From NCBI GenBank assembly GCA_040260805.1, contig JBDQPD010000013.1, positions 1-46,152 on the forward strand: a stretch of DNA of 46,152 nucleotides, written 5' to 3'. Position 1 is the stretch's first letter, and each line of letters opens with the position of its first letter. The stretch is from Myxococcota bacterium (GTDB taxonomy: Bacteria; Myxococcota; UBA4151). A model generated the notes under the pieces. That model did no database searches and was not told where the DNA came from. It worked only from the letters and a program-made list of their open reading frames with translations. The position numbers and the translations under genes were made by a program. Shown piece after piece: positions 36,187 to 46,150 of this stretch.

Positions 36187-36945
36187 TTATCTGAGAAGCT
36201 GGACCGCTTCTTGGTCCAGTTCTTTGTAGCTGGTGATCAGCTTCATATTGGCGTCAAAACTCCGATGAGTTGCGATGAGATCGACCATCGCCTTGACAGC
36301 ATTTACAGTGCTTTGTTCTTGGTAACCCTGGGCGACCTCGACCTCTTCTGCCGGGACGATTTCGTCCGTCTTGTAGCGGTTGCTTCCAACAGCCTCGAGG
36401 GTGTGCGGCTCGGCATAGCCCAGACGCAACTTACCGGTCACCGTGTCGCCGATTTGCACCTCGCCGGAGGCAAGGACGGCAATCGTCTTAGGGTCCGTAT
36501 CTTGGGGGATGCTGATCGGTCCAGACTCGCCGAGCACGGTCGCTCCATCGAGGGTTTGCAGTTGGCCCTCGGGCGCTATCTTAAATCGCCCGTCTCGAGT
36601 CAGCATCTCCTGGGCGTTCTCATCTTGAACGACAAAATAACCCTTAACGCCCTGGAGCGCGAGATCCAAGGGCCTGCCCGTACGGCTCATGGCGCCTTCT
36701 TCTTCTCGAATCTGTGTGCCGTCCGCGCGCACCATCACGTGGTCGCCAGGAAGATGGCGGAGGGTCATATCTGCTGGCGCTTGCTCGACGATCACGTGCT
36801 CGGGGGAGCTTCGGTGCTCTGCGCTCAGGTGCACCTGGCGCCGAAAACCTACGGTATTGGTGTTGGCGAGGCGGTTGGCCAAGTTCTCCATGCGCTGCTG
36901 GCGCATGCGCAAGCCGCTCAGTGCTGTCCAGAGTCCATCAGCCAT
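36187..36945 (-). CDS. flgF: Proximal rod protein
   Basis: ANRLANTNTVGFR, TGRPLDLAL, TRDGRF, EQSTVNAV; upstream of flgG. Confidence 0.88.
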   Translation of the reverse strand: MADGLWTALSGLRMRQQRMENLANRLANTNTVGFRRQVHLSAEHRSSPEHVIVEQAPADMTLRHLPGDHVMVRADGTQIREEEGAMSRTGRPLDLALQGVKGYFVVQDENAQEMLTRDGRFKIAPEGQLQTLDGATVLGESGPISIPQDTDPKTIAVLASGEVQIGDTVTGKLRLGYAEPHTLEAVGSNRYKTDEIVPAEEVEVAQGYQEQSTVNAVKAMVDLIATHRSFDANMKLITSYKELDQEAVQLLR

Positions 36946-36969
36946 AACACCTCCTCGATAAACAAAGAG

Positions 36970-36985
36970 GCAAAGGGCGTGCCAA
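36970..36985 (-). promoter_or_regulatory. Sigma54 (-24/-12) promoter for flgF-G-A-H-I-J
   Basis: TTGGCAC-GCCCT-TTGC, an exact TGGCAC-N5-TTGC match about 25 nt before the flgF ATG. Confidence 0.85.
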
Positions 36986-37004
36986 CCGCATTATTCAGGA
37001 ATGT

Positions 37005-37433
37005 TTAGGCCCAATTTCCACTTTTTTGGTGGCGACGGCCAGGCAGGTCATCGAGTACCTTTTGCTCTTCCTTGAGCATCTGTTTGCGCCAGCGCTTCCA
37101 CTGAGCCTCGCGCAGGTTCTCAACGATCTCTTCTTGCTGCTGCGCATAGGCGAGTGTTTGACGCCAGGTCGCCTCTAATCGGCGCGCATCGAGCAATTCT
37201 GACGCCAGTGTTTCCAAACTGGACTTCAGACGACCAAGGTAAGCCTGCTCTTGAATCATCCACTGCGGGTCAAGCGTTTGAGGGCCGGCAGCGATCTCTT
37301 CTTGAGTGCTTTTCATGGTCGCTGCGATGCGATTGCATAGCGCGGTCATCCGACCGAGTTCAGTCTCGGCTTCACGGCGTTTTTGAGTGCGAAGGCGGAG
37401 AAGCGTTTCAAGTCCGAAGACGAACCGCTTCAT
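37005..37433 (-). CDS. fliJ: Flagellar export protein FliJ
   Basis: MKRFVFGLETLLRLR, coiled coil, EEQKVLDD. Confidence 0.85.
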   Translation of the reverse strand: MKRFVFGLETLLRLRTQKRREAETELGRMTALCNRIAATMKSTQEEIAAGPQTLDPQWMIQEQAYLGRLKSSLETLASELLDARRLEATWRQTLAYAQQQEEIVENLREAQWKRWRKQMLKEEQKVLDDLPGRRHQKSGNWA

Positions 37434-38176
37434 TCCATATCCATTGATTCCGCCAGCAACACCTTGAGACGCTTAGTCGCCTCGGTATGAAGCTGGGACA
37501 CACGACCCACGGTGACCGACAAGACATCGGCAATTTCACGGTAGGTTAGCGCTTCTTTGTAATACAATGAGAGCAACAACTGAAGACGCTCGGGGAGCTG
37601 GCTAATACCACCAGCGAGCATCTCATGCGCCTCGCGCTGGGCGACCTCATCGAGGATATCATCGGCTCGCTCAAGGCTGGCTAAAATAGCCCCCCCTGAA
37701 CCGCTACCACCGCTCTCCGAATTTCCGCCCGCCTCGTCATAGGACATCCAGCTGCTGCTCGCTTCGGTGCGCAGCGCCTCGACCTGCTCGGTCGTCATAT
37801 CCATGTCTTTGGCCAGCGCATCGCTCGAAGGTTCCTCGCCGAGCTCGGACCGAAGACGCTCAGAGGCTTCGCGCAGCGCATTAATTCGCCCACGATGTCG
37901 GCGGCTGAGGTGATCAACTTGGCGAAGATGATCTAAAATTGCGCCCTTAATTCGGTACTCTGCATAAGCCTCAAACCGCTCAGACCGGCTGGAGTCATAG
38001 CGATCGATCGCATCGATCAAGCCAATAACACCCACCTGCTGGAGATCCTGAAGATCGACCATTGAGGGCAGCCGGCGCACGATCCGCCGAGCGACTCGAT
38101 GAACCAAGCTCATGTACTGGCGGATTCGCCGATCACGATCTCCATCGGTTTGAGCGAACGCATAGCCGCGACTCAT
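37430..38176 (-). CDS. fliA: RNA polymerase sigma factor FliA (sigma28)
   Basis: DLQQVGVIGLIDAIDRYD, RIKGAILDHLR, LYYKEALTYREIA..L.VTVGRVSQLH. Confidence 0.94.
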   Translation of the reverse strand: MSRGYAFAQTDGDRDRRIRQYMSLVHRVARRIVRRLPSMVDLQDLQQVGVIGLIDAIDRYDSSRSERFEAYAEYRIKGAILDHLRQVDHLSRRHRGRINALREASERLRSELGEEPSSDALAKDMDMTTEQVEALRTEASSSWMSYDEAGGNSESGGSGSGGAILASLERADDILDEVAQREAHEMLAGGISQLPERLQLLLSLYYKEALTYREIADVLSVTVGRVSQLHTEATKRLKVLLAESMDME

Positions 38177-39063
38177 CAGGCCCCCTCTGCGGTTAGGAGG
38201 TGATCCCAGAACCGGTCCACAGCGCCATCACGCAAAGGTGGGGGCAGCATATCGAGGCGTTGAGCTATTTGAGCGAAACAGCGAGCGGCTGGTGCTGTAG
38301 GATACAACTGAACCAGCGGCCCTTGTTCCATCACCGCACGCTGAACCGCCGAATCCGCATAGATATGACCGAGCAGATTAATCTCTACATCCAAAAATCG
38401 CTCGGCGACTCGAAGCAGGCGCTCATGGACAGCCTCGGCAGCGCTGACTTGGTGGACTTGGTTCACCAACAACTGAAACCGTCGAACTTTGCGGCGGTTA
38501 CGCAGGACTTTAATGACCGCATAAGCGTCGGCCAAGGCGGTCGGCTCAGGCGTCACCACCACGACAACATCCTGGGCAGCGCCGGCGAAGTAGATCACGT
38601 TCGAGCTGATCCCTGCGCCGGTATCAACGAGCAGCGTATCGTAGCCTTCCCGAAGTCGCTCTAACGCCATCTTGAGGCGCGCCTTTTGCGCTTCAGAAAG
38701 CGCTGTGACTTCCGCAATCCCTGATGCGGCGGGCAACAGATCGACGCCTTCCGGACCGTGGAGGATAATCTCATCGATCTCACGGATACCTGACAAGACA
38801 TCGCCCAGGTGGCCCGTGGGCGCTAAACCCAGTAGAATATCCACATTTGCGAGTCCGAGGTCCGCATCGAGGATCAGGACCTTGCGCCCACGCCGGCTCA
38901 ACTCAACGGCGAGATTAGCGACGCAGTTGGTCTTACCGACGCCCCCCTTGCCCGAGGTCACCGCAATCACGCGTGTCGCCGGCGGCTCGACAGGCCCACC
39001 GCGACGCTTAGCGTCGGCTTGTTGACGCAGATCACGTAATGTTTTGGCTTGATCTGAGCTCAT
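38176..39063 (-). CDS. flhG: MinD-like flagellar number regulator FlhG/FleN
   Basis: DQAKTLR N-terminal motif, SGKGGVGKT, DADLGLANVD, DTGAGIS. Confidence 0.93.
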   Translation of the reverse strand: MSSDQAKTLRDLRQQADAKRRGGPVEPPATRVIAVTSGKGGVGKTNCVANLAVELSRRGRKVLILDADLGLANVDILLGLAPTGHLGDVLSGIREIDEIILHGPEGVDLLPAASGIAEVTALSEAQKARLKMALERLREGYDTLLVDTGAGISSNVIYFAGAAQDVVVVVTPEPTALADAYAVIKVLRNRRKVRRFQLLVNQVHQVSAAEAVHERLLRVAERFLDVEINLLGHIYADSAVQRAVMEQGPLVQLYPTAPAARCFAQIAQRLDMLPPPLRDGAVDRFWDHLLTAEGA

Positions 39064-40328
39064 CCGACCACCCACTGTTCCAACACTAGCCGCACTAAGC
39101 GCTCAGCGCTCGCCGGCTCGATATCCTCAGGCACTCGCTGACCCGTCGTGTAGTAGGTCAAAGGGAGCCCGGTTCGTAGATGAGCATTTAGCATAGAGCC
39201 GTGCCCTACGCACTCATCCATCTTCGTCATCGTCAATTCGCTGACTCCAACGGGCTTGAATGCGCGCAGGACCTCAGCGAGGGTTCTCGGGTTGGTGCCT
39301 GCGGCGACACAGAGCATTCGAGTCGGCACCAAGTCAGGACTCAACTCATCGGCCATTCGTGCGACCGCCTGGTCATCCTTAGGGTTGCGCCCCGCGGTGT
39401 CCACTAGAACCAGATCGCATTTCTTCATCGATCGCAGGCAGGACTTAAGCTCGTCTTGGTTTTTGGAGACCTCCATCGGAAGCTCTAAAATCTCGGCATA
39501 CGCAGCGAGCTGCTCAACCGCCGCGATCCGATAGGTATCCGACGTGATCAGTCCGACTTTTCGCCCATATCGAATCGATGCATCGGCGGCTATCTTTGCG
39601 ATGGTCGTGGTCTTACCCACCCCGGTTGGGCCGAAAAATCCTACGACCTGACGTCCTCGGCGAGTGGCGAGCGGAGCGGCAGTGCGCACCCTGCTCAACA
39701 AACGCTCAGCCAGCTGACGCCTCAGGTCCAAGCCCGCGTCATCAGACTCATTGAGTTCGAGCCCGCGCACCAGCTCCTCGGCGAGCAGGTCCTCGACTCC
39801 GTTATGGGTCAACAGCGTATACAGACGAGCCTGAGCGGGCTCGAAACTCATCTCGCTCTGCGCTCGGGTCTCGCTCAACAAAGCGCGCAGCAGATCTCTA
39901 GTCTCTTCTAGGCCGCGCTCAAAGGTGCGCCCGAAGGTACGCAGCGCTTGGTCGACAGGGTCAACCTCGGGTCTGTGCATCGAGGCGACTCGGCGGATCT
40001 CGTGACGCAGCGCTTTAAGCTCGTCATCAATTGCAGGTGCCGAGTCAATCCCCTGGCGCCGGGTCTCTTTCTGAGTCTGCGCGTCATCCATCTGACGCGC
40101 ATAGGCAGCAGGTCCATAGCGCCCACTGACCGGCTTAGGCTCTGTAAACAGTGGTTTTACAGCCTTAGGCGATGTCCCAGCAGGTGCCACGGATACTTCG
40201 TGCCACGAGCGACTACCGTCACCTTTCTGTCGAGTTTCAAGAATCACAGCGTCAGGCCCATGTTGCTCTCGGACCTGCCTTAGCGCCTCTTTGATCGTCG
40301 TTGCTGTGTATGTTTGGACCTTCATCAT
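39060..40328 (-). CDS. flhF: SRP-family GTPase FlhF
   Basis: GPTGVGKTTTIAK, DTYRIAAVEQL, DTAGR, TKMDE, GQRVPEDI. Confidence 0.95.
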   Translation of the reverse strand: MMKVQTYTATTIKEALRQVREQHGPDAVILETRQKGDGSRSWHEVSVAPAGTSPKAVKPLFTEPKPVSGRYGPAAYARQMDDAQTQKETRRQGIDSAPAIDDELKALRHEIRRVASMHRPEVDPVDQALRTFGRTFERGLEETRDLLRALLSETRAQSEMSFEPAQARLYTLLTHNGVEDLLAEELVRGLELNESDDAGLDLRRQLAERLLSRVRTAAPLATRRGRQVVGFFGPTGVGKTTTIAKIAADASIRYGRKVGLITSDTYRIAAVEQLAAYAEILELPMEVSKNQDELKSCLRSMKKCDLVLVDTAGRNPKDDQAVARMADELSPDLVPTRMLCVAAGTNPRTLAEVLRAFKPVGVSELTMTKMDECVGHGSMLNAHLRTGLPLTYYTTGQRVPEDIEPASAERLVRLVLEQWVVG

Positions 40329-40336
40329 CTATCCGA

Positions 40337-42409
40337 TCACGCGGCAGCCTTCAGGCTGACTTCACCGATCGCTTCAAGGCGATACCGAGCAGGGATCTCA
40401 CGGTGTGAGAGCACCGTGAGCATGCCGAGATGGCGCGCAAGGAAATCGCGCACAGGGCGACGAATCTCTGCTGGAACCACCAATACCGGCTGCCGACCAC
40501 TCATCGCAAACTGCTCCATTTGATCCGATAGATTAGAAAGCAAACCGCGTGCCGCATTGGGCTGAAGACCCACATGAACCTCTGAGTCGATCGCTGTTAG
40601 GCTTTCTCGAATCGCCTGACTGGCAACGCCATCGAGCACTAAACCCTGAATTTGTAGGCTATCGTCAGCAATTTCAGAGCAGATGGCCGAACCCAAGCGA
40701 TACCGAACATATTCAGCCAAAATATCGGTGTTCTTTGTTTCATGAATTCGGTCAGCGAGGGTCTCAAGGACTGTGCGCATATCGCGAACAGAGACCCCCT
40801 CTCGCAGGAGGTTGCGCATCACACGCAACAACTCGCCCCGACTCAGCTTGGCAGGGATCAAGTCCTCAACAAGCTTGGGACTATGCTCGGCAGTGATCCG
40901 AATAATATCGTCGAGCTCGCTGTCGCCGAACAACTCGTCGATATGGGATTTGACGACCTCAGTGAGATGGGTGGCGATCACCGTCGAGCAGTCGACCACC
41001 GTGTAACCGCGCAGTTCCGCATCATCACGATCTTCAGAGGTGACCCAGATCGCATCGAGACCGAAGGCCGGCTCAGTGGTCTTCTCGCCGTCAATAGGAT
41101 CAAAGACGGTGCCAGGGTCCATGCCCAAGTACTGTCCGTATCGAACCGTACCCTCGGCAACCGCAACGCCCTTGACCAAGACCCGATAAAGCCCACCTTC
41201 GAGCTCGATGTTGTCGCGAATATGAACCTGAGGAAGGATGATACCGTATTGAAGCGCAACCTGCTTTCGAACGGCTTGGATTCGGTCGAGCAAATCACCG
41301 TCGCGGTGGGCATCAACCAGAGGCACCAACGGGAAGCTAACCTCCAGAGCGATGGCATCGAGTGGCAAGAGCCGCTCGAGCCGCTGTCGCTCGGAGAGTC
41401 CTTTGTCCTCCAGCCGCTCAAGCGTGCTCCCCTCCTCCTCCTCAACCTTCTTCTTCGAGCTCACCTGATTGCCAATAATGAAAAAGAAGGCAGCCAGACC
41501 GAGAAAGCTCAGGGTCGGCATGCCCGGGATCATAGCAAACAAAACGATCACGACGGCGACGACATTGAGCTTGCCTGCGTGATTGAAGAGCTGCTCTTTA
41601 ACTTCTGCGCTGATGACCTGCTTAGAGCCAGCGCGAGACACGACAATACCCGCAGCCACTGAGATCAGCAGCGCCGGCATCTGGGAAACCAAACCATCAC
41701 CGATGGTGAGGATAGTATAGTTGGCTGCTGCGTCAGAGAGCTCCATACCCTGCTGACCTACACCGATGATCAACCCTGCAATGATGTTGATGCCGGTCAC
41801 CAAAAGCCCGGCGATGGCGTCACCACGGACAAACTTTGATGCACCATCCATAGCACCATAAAAGTCCGCTTCTTGGCTGACTGCGTCGCGTCGCTTGCGC
41901 GCCTCGCTCTCATCGATCATGCCGGCGCCGAGGTCGGCATCGATCGCCATCTGCTTGCCGGGCATCGCGTCCAAAGTGAAGCGAGCAGCGACCTCAGCGA
42001 TACGCCCAGCGCCCTTCGTCACGACCATGAAGTTAATGATCACGAGGATCAAAAAGATGATCATACCGACGATGTAGTTACCGCCAACCACAAAGGTACC
42101 AAAAGTGGCGATCACGTCACCAGCGGCGGTCGGACCTTCATCACCGCGCAGCAAAATAAGCCGCGTTGAGCCGACGTTGAGCGCTAAACGAAACAGCGTC
42201 GTGGCCAACAGCAAAGCAGGAAAAACGGTGAAATCAGCGGGTCGCTCAACGTACAGCGATGCCACTAAAACGACCAAGGCAATCGAGATGCTCAGGGCGA
42301 GCATCATATCGAGTATGGCAGGCGGCAGCGGAAGGATTAAGAGGAGAATGACGCCCATCATACCAAATGCGGTAATGGCGTTTCCACGGTCTCTATTGAC
42401 AGGTTCCAT
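40337..42409 (-). CDS. flhA: Flagellar export apparatus FlhA
   Basis: RIAEVAARFTLDAMPGKQMAIDADL, FYGAMDGASKFVRGDAIAG. Confidence 0.97.
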   Translation of the reverse strand: MEPVNRDRGNAITAFGMMGVILLLILPLPPAILDMMLALSISIALVVLVASLYVERPADFTVFPALLLATTLFRLALNVGSTRLILLRGDEGPTAAGDVIATFGTFVVGGNYIVGMIIFLILVIINFMVVTKGAGRIAEVAARFTLDAMPGKQMAIDADLGAGMIDESEARKRRDAVSQEADFYGAMDGASKFVRGDAIAGLLVTGINIIAGLIIGVGQQGMELSDAAANYTILTIGDGLVSQMPALLISVAAGIVVSRAGSKQVISAEVKEQLFNHAGKLNVVAVVIVLFAMIPGMPTLSFLGLAAFFFIIGNQVSSKKKVEEEEGSTLERLEDKGLSERQRLERLLPLDAIALEVSFPLVPLVDAHRDGDLLDRIQAVRKQVALQYGIILPQVHIRDNIELEGGLYRVLVKGVAVAEGTVRYGQYLGMDPGTVFDPIDGEKTTEPAFGLDAIWVTSEDRDDAELRGYTVVDCSTVIATHLTEVVKSHIDELFGDSELDDIIRITAEHSPKLVEDLIPAKLSRGELLRVMRNLLREGVSVRDMRTVLETLADRIHETKNTDILAEYVRYRLGSAICSEIADDSLQIQGLVLDGVASQAIRESLTAIDSEVHVGLQPNAARGLLSNLSDQMEQFAMSGRQPVLVVPAEIRRPVRDFLARHLGMLTVLSHREIPARYRLEAIGEVSLKAAA

Positions 42410-42415
42410 TTACCC

Positions 42416-43501
42416 TCACCCTCCCGGTCGAGCGCTGCGATGCATCACTCGTCGGCGAATATGATCGACCTGTTTGAGCACTTCCGCGACCGCTCGCCAC
42501 AAGGTCTCAGGAATCTCGCCGCCGATCCGAACTTTAGCGTACAAGATTCTTGCCAGATAGCGGTTCTCGACCACCGCCACTCCGTTTTCTCGAGCGATTG
42601 AGCGGATTTTAAAGGCTACTTTGTCAGCACCTTTGGCCACGACGACAGGAGCGCCATCGGCAGCCATGTCGTATTTGATAGCGACTGCAAAGTGGGTCGG
42701 GTTGGTGACCACGACATCCGCCGATGGCACCGAGCTGCCGAGCCGCTGCTGCGACATCTCGACCTGCTTTTGCCGGCGCTTGCTGCGCACCTCGGGCGAG
42801 CCCTCTCGACCTTTGGTTTCGTCGCGGATGTCTCGCAGACTCATCATCAAGTCGCGGTTGTATTTCCAGCGAACATAAAAGACATCGATGATGGCGATCA
42901 GTGCAAGCAAAGCAGCGATCGAAAAGACGAGAACCAGGGCGATTTTACCGAGCTCACCCAAGCCTTTTGCTGGGTGCATCCAAATCAACGATGGCAGATC
43001 CATGAACCGGTTCTTAAGCACCAAGAAGCCGACAAAGCCTAAACCCGCTATTTTGAGAATTGCCTTCACGAAATCAGCGAAGCCCTGGACGCTAAAGTAC
43101 ATTTGCTGAGCTTTTTTTATAGGGTTTAGCTTTTTCCAGTCGGGCTTGACCGCCTCCCAAGCCACCAAAGCCCCCACCTGAGCGAAGCTTGCGGCGAACA
43201 ATAAAGCGCCCAGAAAGATCATAATCCCAGCTAAAGGGATGCCGACCAACATCGCGAGATCAACCACCAAGTCGTCAAGCGGCGCATTCGGTTGGGCTAT
43301 TTTGGTATAGGCTCGCTCGGTCAGCTCAATGACGCCGGCAGCGAGGGAGCGACCAAAGGACAAAAACGCCAACGCGCCGCCAAAGACAATGACGACTGAG
43401 CCGACTTCTCGACTGAACGCCACCTGACCTTTTTTGCGTGAGTCCTCAATCTTTTGAGGCGTCGGCATCTCTGTTTTTGAGTCTTTGTCCTCGTCGGCCA
43501 C
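42416..43501 (-). CDS. flhB: Flagellar export switch protein FlhB
   Basis: KTEMPT, EGSPEV, NPTH autocleavage motif, PVVVAKG. Confidence 0.95.
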   Translation of the reverse strand: MADEDKDSKTEMPTPQKIEDSRKKGQVAFSREVGSVVIVFGGALAFLSFGRSLAAGVIELTERAYTKIAQPNAPLDDLVVDLAMLVGIPLAGIMIFLGALLFAASFAQVGALVAWEAVKPDWKKLNPIKKAQQMYFSVQGFADFVKAILKIAGLGFVGFLVLKNRFMDLPSLIWMHPAKGLGELGKIALVLVFSIAALLALIAIIDVFYVRWKYNRDLMMSLRDIRDETKGREGSPEVRSKRRQKQVEMSQQRLGSSVPSADVVVTNPTHFAVAIKYDMAADGAPVVVAKGADKVAFKIRSIARENGVAVVENRYLARILYAKVRIGGEIPETLWRAVAEVLKQVDHIRRRVMHRSARPGG

Positions 43502-43540
43502 CGAAGCCCCTTCCCGAAGCCTCAGTCACTCAGAGCTTAA

Positions 43541-44290
43541 TCAGCGAACTAAGAGTGCCAAGGCGTCCAAGTGAGACTGCAAGAAGCTCTCCACCAGGGC
43601 AGGTAAGTAGTCGACCTCGTGAAGGAGGATGAATAAGCCGCCTAAAATGGTGACGCTGTAGGCGATTTGGAAAATTTGAACCTGCGGCGCGACTCGAGCC
43701 AAAACGCCAAAGAGGAGGTAGAGCAAGGTCGCTCCCCCAACCACCGGCAAGCCAAACCGAACGCCCTCTTCAAACATTCTGGATCCCGCACGCGGTCCAT
43801 AGAGCCAGAGATCAACATGAGGCTGCCACGCAAAACTTTGACGCAGTAATTCGAGAATCCCCAAATGAAGATCCAAGCTCAAAATGACGACGGCTCCGGC
43901 CAACACCAAAAATCGACTGACTGGATTTTCACGAGTACCCGTGTTGGGGTCGACCACGCCCGCAAGGCCTAAACCAATATTAATACCCAATATTTCGCCG
44001 CCAAAATGCAAGGCATCAAGGGTCAGTCGGATCGTATAACCCAAGACCAAGCCAATGCAGGCTGACGACACAAGCTCATAAATGGTCCAGGATAAACTCA
44101 CCTCAACGACAGCGATCGGCGAGGCGATCTGAAACAGCCAGCTGAGCCATATCGCCACAACCGCTCGCATACGCAGCCCAAAGGCGCTGCCTGGAAACAT
44201 CGGTAAAACCACAAAAAATGCTAAGAGCCGGGTCATGATGACGCCAAAGCCGAGCAACCATTCGGTTTCCAGCCACGGCAGATCGATCAC
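43541..44290 (-). CDS. fliR: Flagellar export protein FliR
   Basis: Polytopic membrane protein with 'GEILGINIGLG...DP' and 'LARVAPQVQIF'. Confidence 0.9.
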   Translation of the reverse strand: MIDLPWLETEWLLGFGVIMTRLLAFFVVLPMFPGSAFGLRMRAVVAIWLSWLFQIASPIAVVEVSLSWTIYELVSSACIGLVLGYTIRLTLDALHFGGEILGINIGLGLAGVVDPNTGTRENPVSRFLVLAGAVVILSLDLHLGILELLRQSFAWQPHVDLWLYGPRAGSRMFEEGVRFGLPVVGGATLLYLLFGVLARVAPQVQIFQIAYSVTILGGLFILLHEVDYLPALVESFLQSHLDALALLVR

Positions 44291-44559
44291 GGCGCTGTAA
44301 TCGTTCCGAACAGATCGAACATGGAGATGGTGTAGCGAACCATCACTTCACTGCTCCATCCCCCGATCAATCCCATCAACAACACGACCGCAAGCACCTT
44401 AGGTACAAAGACGAGTGAGGGCTCTTGGAGCTGGGTGAGCGCCTGAAAAAGACTCATGACTAGCCCGACCGCTAAGCCCACCAGCAAATAGGGTCCAGCG
44501 ATCGTCATCGCGACGTCAACCATTTGACTCAGCGCGGTCGAGACAACAGCGCCATCCAT
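44287..44559 (-). CDS. fliQ: Flagellar export protein FliQ
   Basis: GLVMSLFQALTQLQEPSLVFVPK. Confidence 0.95.
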   Translation of the reverse strand: MDGAVVSTALSQMVDVAMTIAGPYLLVGLAVGLVMSLFQALTQLQEPSLVFVPKVLAVVLLMGLIGGWSSEVMVRYTISMFDLFGTITAP

Positions 44560-45332
44560 CAGACGTCCATGCCGAAGCTTCGAGCCAGGTTGAGGACCAC
44601 CAAGTTCCAGCCGTCCGCGAGCAAGAAAACGAGCACCTTAAAGGGTAACGAGATCATCACCGGTGGCAACATCATCATACCCATGCTCATCAGCAAGGTC
44701 GCGACCGCTAAATCAACGACCAAGAAGGGCAACGCCACCAAGAACCCGATCTGGAATGCAGCCTTGAGTTCGCTGAGCATGAACGCCGGAACGAGCAGGT
44801 GAAAGGCGATGTCTTCGCGATCTTTGGGGCGCGGCTGAGCCGCCAGCCGGTGAACGGTCATCAGCTCTTGGTCGCGCGTGTGTACCATCACAAAGCCGCG
44901 GATATTTTTGGTCGCAACGCCGAGCAGCTCGATATCGGTGATCTGTCCAGCCTGATGAGGCTGGATGCCGTCATTCCATATGTTCGAAGCGACCGGGGTC
45001 ATCACCGCAGCCGTCAGAAACAGAGCCAAGCTGACCAGAACCTGGTTAGGCGGTGAACTCTGCGTTCCTAAGGCGGTCCGTAAAAAGCCGAAGACGATGA
45101 TAATACGAGTAAAGCTCGTGACCGAAATGATGATCGCCGGCGCCAAGGTCAAGATGGTCAAAAGCCCCATCACCTTGAGACTTTCGACTAAGTTTCCGTC
45201 ACCGCCACCAACTTTGATGCTCATTTCGGGCAAGGCGATCGTCGGCGCGTCGACCTGACCGAGCGCAACCGACGGCACGACCACCACGAGCAATGGGATG
45301 ATGCCGCTTAGGCGGCTGATCAATCGGAGCAT
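44559..45332 (-). CDS. fliP: Flagellar export protein FliP
   Basis: TSFTRIIIV, PPNQVL, PAFMLSELKAAFQIGF, MGMMMLPP. Confidence 0.97.
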   Translation of the reverse strand: MLRLISRLSGIIPLLVVVVPSVALGQVDAPTIALPEMSIKVGGGDGNLVESLKVMGLLTILTLAPAIIISVTSFTRIIIVFGFLRTALGTQSSPPNQVLVSLALFLTAAVMTPVASNIWNDGIQPHQAGQITDIELLGVATKNIRGFVMVHTRDQELMTVHRLAAQPRPKDREDIAFHLLVPAFMLSELKAAFQIGFLVALPFLVVDLAVATLLMSMGMMMLPPVMISLPFKVLVFLLADGWNLVVLNLARSFGMDV

Positions 45333-46150
45333 ACCCGTCGGATCTCGGCGAGGCGGCGCTGAAGGTCAGCTCGTTCATTATGCCCTACTGCGGCGGGCGC
45401 AGCCACTGAAGGCACGACCTGTTCGGGGTGCGACTCGGTGTGTTGCTCACGTTGATCTTGGGCTGCGGTGACCCAGGCGCCCAGTCGATCAGCAGGGTTC
45501 TTACCCACCAAAGCCCGCAAGCGCTCCACCTCAGCGCCCGAGGCGTCGTCAGTGTCCATGGTGTTTCCGTCATCGAGACGGGCTAGTAGGCGTGGACCTT
45601 GATCGCTCAAGCCCACAATGAGCACCGCACCACCAACCTCGAGCACGGCGACCGAGCTCTTGGTGTCAAGCTTTGCTCGTGACACCACCTTGAGGCCGAA
45701 CGCTTCTTCCATCGGCGACTGGCGGCGGCGCCAAGCGACAAAGCCAAGCAACCCGATGGCTAACAACCCTAAACCACCCACAATCCGGACCGGACGACCT
45801 AAGTCACCACCAGGCGTGATCGGCGGCGGGACATCGCCGGCTCCAGCCTGACCGCCCTGGGCGCCAGGCTTAGCTTCGTCTCCGCGAGCAGCCGCTGCAA
45901 TCGCAGCGAGCCCCGCAGCAGCCTTAGCGGGCTCTTCAGCGATGACCTCTTCGGGCTCAGCCTCCTCTTGTTTCGTCTTTTCGACCGTCTTTGCGGTCAA
46001 CTTTTCAGACTCATCAAAAGCATCGAAAGGCTTTTTCGCTTTTTTCTTTGAGGTTCCAAGCAGCATGTCCGCAAGGTCTCGCTCGACCGTGGGGTCAGAC
46101 ATCTTGAGGCGCCAGGTCGTGCCGTTGGCTCGAACCACCGCTCGGTCAGC
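45320..46150 (-). CDS. fliO: FliO/FliZ-like protein, probably 5'-truncated by the window edge
   Basis: TM helix then 'LKVVSRAKLDTKSSVAVLEVGGAVLIVG'; upstream of fliP. The frame is open to the window end (possible internal ATG at 46102). Confidence 0.75.
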   Translation of the reverse strand, partial: ADRAVVRANGTTWRLKMSDPTVERDLADMLLGTSKKKAKKPFDAFDESEKLTAKTVEKTKQEEAEPEEVIAEEPAKAAAGLAAIAAAARGDEAKPGAQGGQAGAGDVPPPITPGGDLGRPVRIVGGLGLLAIGLLGFVAWRRRQSPMEEAFGLKVVSRAKLDTKSSVAVLEVGGAVLIVGLSDQGPRLLARLDDGNTMDTDDASGAEVERLRALVGKNPADRLGAWVTAAQDQREQHTESHPEQVVPSVAAPAAVGHNERADLQRRLAEIRRVCSD

